From Amoebidium appalachense (lineage: Eukaryota > Protista > Ichthyosporea), in the NCBI GenBank assembly GCA_963693365.1, contig CAVNZM010000005.1, positions 7,882,710-7,946,709 on the forward strand: a DNA stretch of 64,000 bases. The letters are read 5' to 3'. The notes under the pieces are model-generated. The model had not been told where the DNA came from and did no database searches. It saw nothing but the letters and a program-made list of their open reading frames with translations. Shown here in pieces: positions 52,078 to 64,000 of the stretch (within the stretch, counting starts at the first letter, position 1; each line of letters opens with the position of its first letter). A program made the translations under genes and the position numbers.

Positions 52078-52730
52078 GAGGTGGTGGTGGTGGTGTGTGT
52101 GTGGGAAGGGGGGGGTGGGGTGGGGGGGGGGGGGGGGGGGGGGGGAGGTTCAGCACCTCGAAGCCTGTGATCCAGGGTGTGGGCAGGCCCCTGAAGCTGT
52201 CGAAGCCGTAGACCGTGGCTGCCTGGGGGGCCGCCTCAGACAGCACCTGCAGGCTGCGGCCCCTCCACACCCCAAACTCCAGCCACAGCCCAGCCGGCAG
52301 GACCAGGCTGGCGGCATGCTGCAGGGGGCTGGTGGCCAGCTCTGTGGCCGTGGCCAGGCGGCCCACGTGCTCGACATAGCGCACGTACGGACCGTGGCCG
52401 CAGCCACAGCACAGGCCCAGCTGCCGGGCCAGTGCCCTCAGCGCCTGCTGCTGCCCTGCCGCCTGCCGGCCCTCGTGCTCCTGCAGCCACAGCTGCACCG
52501 CCCCGTGTGCATAATGAGTGCCTGCAAGTCCACCCGTCAGCACACCGGCCCGAGGGGGTCTAAGCAGCTGGTGGGGTAACCTACTCTTTGTGTCTGGCTG
52601 GCCGGCAGTCAGAGCGGCCAGCAGGCGCAGCTTGGAGGCTGTGGGGGCCAGGCCCTGCCGGCGCCAGCGCAGCACAAGGCCAAAGCCACTGGGGGGGCTG
52701 GGGCAGCCATGCACGGTGGCCCCTATGCCT
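51167..52730 (-). CDS. TylF/MycF-like class I SAM-dependent O-methyltransferase (5' end unresolved)
   Basis: LWLEFGVWRGRS..VYGFDSFRGLPTPW..|AGAFDV..VVGWFADTLP..LLHVDCDVYMS..VVVFDEL..HELRAW; intron 52156-51590. Confidence 0.88.
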
Positions 52731-53027
52731 GCCTGTCGGTGTGCTATCTTGCTTCGGCCTGTCTCCCTGTTACCACGAAAAGGAGGGTGAGTGGTGGACA
52801 ATAAGCAAACAAAGGGGGTGCTATGTGCATAATTGATGACATGTGTTGCTAGAAGCTTTGGGCACGTTTGTGGGTGGGTGGGTTTCGTACATGCAGGCAG
52901 GTGTGTGTACGGGTGTATGTGGCATGAACACCTGTGAAGACGCGTGGAGACAGAGGAGAGAGAGAGAGGGGGGCAGGGAGGGGGGAGGGGGGGGGGAGGG
53001 GGAGAGAGAAAGAGAAAGAGAGGGTAA

Positions 53028-53065
<38 letters not shown>

Positions 53066-54527
53066 TGTGTGTGTGTGTTTAAGTTGTGTGCGACTTTGTG
53101 TGAATGTGCACATTTATGGAATGGTGTGCTCGTGCATATTCGTGCTTGTACATGTGCACGTGTGCGTCACACCTGAGTCTGTGAAATTGTGCAAGTGTGT
53201 ATGTGTGGTGTTTGCGTACTAAGCGGTGTGGTGTGAAAGAGCTACCACCTACTGAGGCGGTGTCTCCTTTTTTTTTTTTTTTTTTTTTTTTACTTAAAAG
53301 GGACCTGAGTAGATGTTAAACGTCGCACGTGCGGCAACACGTCAGTACGTGTTAGGTGAAAGAGCAGGTTCACAGGGTGTTTGGCTGTGTCTATGCCTCA
53401 GCAGCCTGTGTGCTGTGCACTTAGCCGTGTGTTCTGTGGTCTCCGGCCAAAGGCCCCATTTAGTGCGGCCCTAAAGGTTTGGCTTAGCAGTTACTTTCCG
53501 CCCTACACCCTCCATCGCACCTACTCCCTCTCTTCTCTTCGCTGACTGCTCTGTTGCAGTCTTGTTTCGGTCCTTTCCCGACCCTGAGAGGCTCCCCATC
53601 CCTACCCCTACCTGCACTAGATCCCTTCTGCCCCCTCCCCTCCCCCTCCCCCCGCCCCTTCTCTCCCTCCTCAGTCCCCCCCCCCCGACCGCCCTCCCCT
53701 CCGCCCCGCTCTTCCCTCCTATCCCCGACACACACCACCACTACCTCCCAACCTACCCCCTCCGTCCGTCCGTCCGTCGCCCCCAGGCTTGCACGGTGCC
53801 AGGCATGCAAGCAGGCATACCGTATGCATATCTGTTCACTTCTGTGGTGTGTGGCTCTAGCCCTTCACTGGCTGACACAAACATACAGGCGGTCTGTGCG
53901 CGGTCCTATTTCCGCTAGCCTGGCATGGCTGCAGCTACACAAAAACACAACCTACGCTCGAGCGGTACCGGTTGCAAAATGTAACGCGCACCATGCACGT
54001 GTGTCGCAGGCAGTACAGTATGACATCTGTTTACTCGAGGCAAAGAGAGACCAGTCTCAGGTATGGGTGGTTTTTGCTCGGAGTATCCCCTCAGCGGTAT
54101 GTCATGATCAAGTACATAAATGTCGGGTGATGATTATATATCAGGGTTTGCTTTCTCTATGTACGAGGCACGACTAAAAAAAGAAAAATCAATGAGGGGA
54201 CCCCGTCTGAGCGCGGGATTCACAGAGAATCACTCAGATCAGTTTTATTGCAGCCACTCAGCAGCCCGCGTTCTAAATGAGCCAATCGCAGCGCGGCATA
54301 TTGGCCATATATGGGGATGATGCGGTGCCGTTTGGACCAATAGGTGTACGGGCTAAACGGTCAGCCAATCAACATGCAGGTCGGGCGAGCAAGGCATGTG
54401 CGGGGCAGTGGCTAGCCTTGGAGAGCCTCAGTTGTACGCACAGCAGACACACACCACACAGGAAGGCACACAAGCAGGCACAGACAGGTCAAAAGCAGTG
54501 TAGTGGGCGGAGCAAGTAGCGAGAAAA

Positions 54528-55894
54528 ATGGCGCTGGATATTCCGAAGGTGGAGGAGGGGAAGGGGGCGCCGAGCAGGGCCCCTCGGTGCGGCAACAGTT
54601 TGTGGCGGGGCTGTTTTACGCCGTGTCATCGTTTGCTATCATGTTTGCTAACAAGTTCGTGCTGACTTCGTATCATTTCCCATCGTTTCTGTTTCTGGCC
54701 CTGAGCCAGTTTGTGGCCACGCTAATCCTGCTGTCGTTGGGCAAGCATTTTGGCATCATCTCCTTCCCAGACCTAGACAGGCAAGTGTTACCCGGCATGT
54801 GCATGTGGGCCCCTTTTCTCTGTGTCATGAGCCTGCCTGCCTTGGTGCACCGTGCCACTGTGTTGGGAAGGAGGTGAAAGGGGTTATTTGCTGCTAATTA
54901 GCAAAGCATACGTCGAGCAAGTAGATAACTTTACCTTTCCTCCGCAGGAAAATGTTCTGGAAGGTGTTCCCTCTGCCGTTCATCTTCATGCTCAACACGC
55001 TTACGGGGTTGGGTGGCACTCAGAAGATCAGCATCCCCATGTTTACGGTGCTGAGACGCTTCTCTATTGTGTTCACCATGGTGCTGGAGGGCTACCTGCT
55101 CAAGGTGCACGCGTCCAACCGCGTTAAATTCAGTGTGTTCTTGATGGTGTTTGGGGCGGTCATAGCGGCGGTGGACGACCTTGTGTTTGACCTGGGCGGC
55201 TACACGTTCATCATGGTCAACAACCTGGCCACGGCCGCAAACGGGGTGGTGACGAAGAAGAAGCTGGACTCCAAGGAGCTGGGCACGTTCGGCCTGATGT
55301 TCTACAACACTCTGTTCTCGCTGCCGCTGCTGTTTGTGGTGTTCCTGTATGAGGGCACCATTCCGGCCCTGCAGCAGTTTGAGTTCTGGGCAGACCCGCG
55401 CTTCCTGTTCTGCTTCGTGTGTGCGTCGGGCATGGGCTTTGTGCTCAACCTCTCCATCTTCCACTGCACAAAGGTCAACTCGGCCCTCACCACCACGGTC
55501 ATTGGTGCGTATCCCCTCCCCTCCACCACCACCAAACACCCACACACACTTCCTTGTATCCCCTCCACCACAATCAAACACCCACCCACACTACCTCGTA
55601 TCATTTTCCCTCTACTCCCCTAAGCACCACCATCATAGTACACCCACACACACTGCCTCGGCCCGGCCTCTCCTTGCTGTTGAGCTCGTGCCCTCTTGAG
55701 CAGTGTTCTGATGCTTGGCTTGGTGTGCAGGGTGCCTCAAGAACGTCTTGTCGACATACATCGGCATGGTGGCCATTCCCGACTATGCCTTCACGTGGCC
55801 CAACTTCCTGGGCATCAACATCAGCATCATAGGTTCGCTGGTCTACTCATACGTCAAGTTCAAGGAGAACAACGGCAAGGGCGCTGTGCTATAA
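54528..55894 (+). CDS. SLC35D-family UDP-sugar transporter (3 exons)
   Basis: [27 protein letters not shown]; [20 protein letters not shown]; GLMFYNTLF; [14 protein letters not shown]|CLKN..TYIG. Exons 54528-54780, 54948-55504 and 55731-55894. Needs one extra G in the run at ~54563-54567 to join the ATG. Confidence 0.9.
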
Positions 55895-56481
55895 ACTCCA
55901 CGCCACATTCCGCCTGGCTGGGCGGGCGCTGCGCGCACCCGGGGCATGTCTCTGGGCCCGGTCTGGGCGAAGTTTGGTGCGATAGAGTGCAATATAGTAG
56001 TAATATAACACGTAACGAAGGGCGAGGGCTGTGTAATATAGTGACGAAGATAGAGCTGAAGCTAGAAATATATGCACGAACACGGGGGGGCACTGTGTGC
56101 CCACCCATAGCGGCGGCCAGCACTTGGTGGCACCAGACCCTGTTGGTGGTGGCCCCGGGCTGGTGCTGTGGCCCGACTAAACAAGTCTGTGGCAGCCAGG
56201 CCGTTGTGTATTTCTGGGACTGGCCTGGAAGCTCGAGCTCTGGGTTTTTTATCCACGGCAAGGGTTTCACGGGGAAGGGGGCATGTTTAGGTGACTTCAA
56301 ACGGCCGGGCGAAGCTGGGTTGTGTGCCAAGGTGCCAGAAAAAGACCAGTACTCGGGTTAGACACCAGCAACTGCAGGTGGTGCACTGCTCGGCCGACCG
56401 AGCCCGTGGGTTGCTCTGTGCTCGTGGTCAGGTTGAGTTACTACTATTCTGCGGTGGATGATATATCAAGCGACCTGGCTC

Positions 56482-56516
<35 letters not shown>

Positions 56517-57029
56517 CGTCGTCGACATCACATGTTATGAGGTCAATATATGACCACAAAATCATTGCAGGCCTCTTTCCCCTGGGACTTTTGTTTGACA
56601 GAGAGCTTCGTACAGCCTGCACCTGCCCCTGCTACACAGCAGCAGCCCACCTGCATACGTGCACCCCTCTAACATGGTGCTACATACCGTAGGCTTCAAA
56701 GTTGCTGTTGGCAGTCTGCCTGGGATATCCAATCATGATGACTAAAAGCCTGTTGCCAGCCATGACTAGATAAGCAAAAGCCAATCGTATGTTTTTTTTA
56801 TGACTTAATGTCCAGATAGCCAATGGCCTGGTCCTTTTGTGCTGGCCCGAAAACAGGGCAGTTGCCGGTAGAGATATTGCATAGAGTCCGGCACAGATTA
56901 ACGAACCTTAAGTACAGACGTCCTGCAACTTGAAATCTCATACGGTCACACAGCAAAGTTTGAAAAAACCTTGAGCGCACATACAAAGCTCACCCACAGG
57001 CAATTCTGCATAGCACAGCAGCCAACACG

Positions 57030-60269
<3,240 letters not shown>

Positions 60270-61663
60270 GGCTGCTACCCGCAATGCAGGTTGCTGGCCA
60301 AGCAGCAGTCAGCTGGGGCGCTGGCTGGCGGGGCCAAGCTGTGGCCTGTTGAGGCCATGAGGGCCATGGTGGCCCATCATCCAGTGAGACATATGAGGGG
60401 TGGCTGGTCTCCACCTCTGGGCCCACACAGGGGGCCAATAAATAGCTTGCCCTGGGGGCCTGCATGGGCACACGGCCCAGGCCCCCTGCCCGTGTGTGCT
60501 GTGCACACACGTAGAGCAGCCACGTGCCATCCATGCCATACAGTGCACGTGCCCATGTCCACCTGTCCGCATGATAACAGAAGTCTTCCCCCCCTCTAAC
60601 CCGGGTTGGGCAAATCCTTTTTTTTGGCTCTGCAAATCCTCCCGCGTGCTCTACTTCCCATTTATTCTTATAATCCCTCGGTTGAATTAATTCACAGTGG
60701 CTGCCAGGGCTGCAGACGGAGTTTAAGTTCAACTGTGTGGTTGTGGTTAGGGGACCCTGAAAGGAACCACGCAATGCTAGGCTCCATGGGAAGTCAAGGC
60801 CTGTTCAGTGCTTTGCCTCGTGCACACCACACTGCTCGGTGGCCGTTTCATGATTTTGTGCCCAGCAGCCATTGCTAGTCTGGAAGATCAAAAGCAGCAC
60901 AAACCCGACCCTTCAGCCCTCCCCCCCCTCCCTGATCCCTTCCCAACACCCACACACAAACATATACGAGCATATGCAGACGCTCGGCAACAGGCATGCA
61001 GTCTTTGCAGGATTTTCAAACGAGTACTCATTTGGCTACAAATCTCACTTGGCGATCCCCCGGGCACTAGCCACAGCTTTTACCTCCCTCCCCCCCCCTC
61101 CTCTTCCCCAGGGCAGGAGATGATTGAATCCGTTCACTGCACACACACACAGGCATGGCATGTTGCACGGGCCCATGGGGTGCCTGAAGGCTCTGTGCCT
61201 CGAGTGTTCGACGTCAGCTGCAGGCAGGGCCAATGACCACAGGGCTAATAATAGTACGTGCCGGTCATGTGCTTGCAGATTGGATTGGGCCCCTCATCAT
61301 AGCAACCACCGCCAGTCCCACTGTGCACAGATTGCATTCTGAACGGTGCTGATTGGTCGGCCAGGTATAGACACAAAGACTGATCAATCTTACGTGGCTA
61401 CTGTACCGGCACACACGTAATATATGATTTGTTATTATAATTTACCCCCAGCCTCGCTTATGGGGGGGAACTCGGTAGTACTAGAGCCAACACTCGGGTT
61501 GAATCATCGACAGGGCCAGGCGTTGTTTTATAACTGAGTGCACGATAGCGTCGTGCGTGATCTTCTTTGGGGTTTTCCCAATTTCTTCAGGTGTCCAATA
61601 CGGGCAAATAGTCATGGCACTGGGGATGGTAAAAAAGGTGTGTTGGGGGCTGGGGGAAGGGGA

Positions 61664-61708
<45 letters not shown>

Positions 61709-61810
61709 GGGGGGGGGGGGAGGGGGAGAGGGGGGGGGGGGAGGAGGGGGAGCCGGTGTCATATGGGTGGGCTACGTTTGGAGTGTATGTGTGCGTGCGT
61801 GCGTGCGTGC

Positions 61811-61866
<56 letters not shown>

Positions 61867-62604
61867 ACGTGTTTGTGTGTGTGTGTGTGTGTGTAAGGGG
61901 GTTGGCGGCGGGGGGAGGAGGGGCGGGGGGGGGGGGGGGGGGGGGGGAGGGGGGAGAGGGGGGGAGTAAACAGAACTTGAAGGTGGGCTTGTACAGCTAC
62001 ATCATGATCATTGCGAGCCCAATCAAGCATGCAGGTGCACGGCAGTAGCAAAGATCAGGCAATGGCCCTCAGCCCACACATCGCAGCTGGGGTTGAGACA
62101 CAGCTGGCCGGCAACCACATATGATTGTGCGGCCTGGCAGGGGATTCTTGAACTAGATAGCGGCAGGGGGGGGGGGGGGGAGGAGGACCTGTCCGCTATA
62201 ATAAATCTGGGATCCTGTGGGGCTCAAGGTGGCTCGACGGGGGGACCCAACCCACCGGCTGCCATGGTTCTGAATAGATCAAATAATACTTAGGACGATG
62301 AGCGAGTGTGTGGCTCCCTCATGTGGCGGTCTATCATGGCCCATCAAGTTGGGTATTACTAAGTGATCCCATTGCATGCCCAGTCAAACAATGCTGGGAT
62401 TGCTTGGCCTATGATTTGATGATTACTGAACGAGTAAACTTTTTCATGCTACACACGGCGGGCTTCTCCCCCCCCCCCCCCCCCCCCCCCCCCCAATAAA
62501 AAAAACGAAAAAGAGGCCTTCCCCCCCTCCCCCCCCCCCCCCCCCCGTTGACGGGGTCCCTCACCTGCGGGAAGGCTGACTTACATTATAGTAATGCTCA
62601 CTCG

Positions 62605-62661
<57 letters not shown>

Positions 62662-63184
62662 CCACACAAACACACACACACACACACACACAGTCACAGT
62701 GCACGTTCACAATCTTGCACACAGACCAGCTCACATGTGTACCTTCACATGTACAAGCACCCACGTTCGCTGTGTTGCACCCAGAGCCAAACACGAAACA
62801 GCCAAAGCACAGGTATTTATCCCACACCAGCTTCAAGGATTTTATATTCATTATTACTATTTAATATTAGGTAACCACATTCCATCACTAAGGTTGCTAT
62901 GTTGATATGGGGTTACTATCTTGTTTAACGGTTGTATCACACATACGATGAATATTCCTTCTCCTACAGAATCAGCTTTTCCTCGCATGGATATACGTGC
63001 AGCCAATGGCTCTAGTATGTGATCATAAACGGGATGCATAAAGCAAGCAAACCCCAATAACATGTCACCAGCAGGCGACCACAGGTGATGTGTCTCCCAC
63101 AATGGCTAAAATTCAACGTCAGTTGGTCTTTCTGACGAGTGGAGGCGCCATATCGCATAGCTGTTTGCCACACACACACTTACC

Positions 63185-64000
<816 letters not shown>

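Overview
Intron-rich, GC-rich eukaryotic genomic DNA full of (CA)n/(TG)n, poly-G/poly-C and TGCA-type low-complexity sequence. Gene content (syntenin-like, FIP200/Atg11, CENP-X, SLC35D, DUF4807) suggests a unicellular holozoan or similar opisthokont (inference). Most supplied ORFs are microsatellite artefacts. Manual splicing gives 11 protein genes: cathepsin L-like protease (-), prokaryote-type DUF355 'adenosine-specific kinase' with 3 introns (-), intronless C365.16-like carrier-like membrane protein (+), intronless syntenin-like tandem PDZ protein (+), phage-type mitochondrial RNA polymerase (-), CENP-X (+), DUF4807-like protein (-) whose CDS overlaps the CENP-X stop, compact FIP200/Atg11 (+), TylF-like O-methyltransferase (-), SLC35D nucleotide-sugar transporter (+) and a myosin-light-chain-like EF-hand protein (+). 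Mobile and repeat elements: a solo LTR with a 5-bp TSD, three non-autonomous DNA elements (hAT-, Tc1/mariner- and CACTA-like), a ~175-bp dispersed repeat with C/D-box-like motifs, a 460-bp near-perfect palindrome and several tandem arrays. The most unusual signals are the DUF355 locus (probable HGT gene, LTR just upstream, 3' end copied into an array), the long hairpin, branch-point-driven acceptors lacking a polypyrimidine tract, and the CENP-X/DUF4807 overlap. Family assignments are from recognition of motifs, not database searches.
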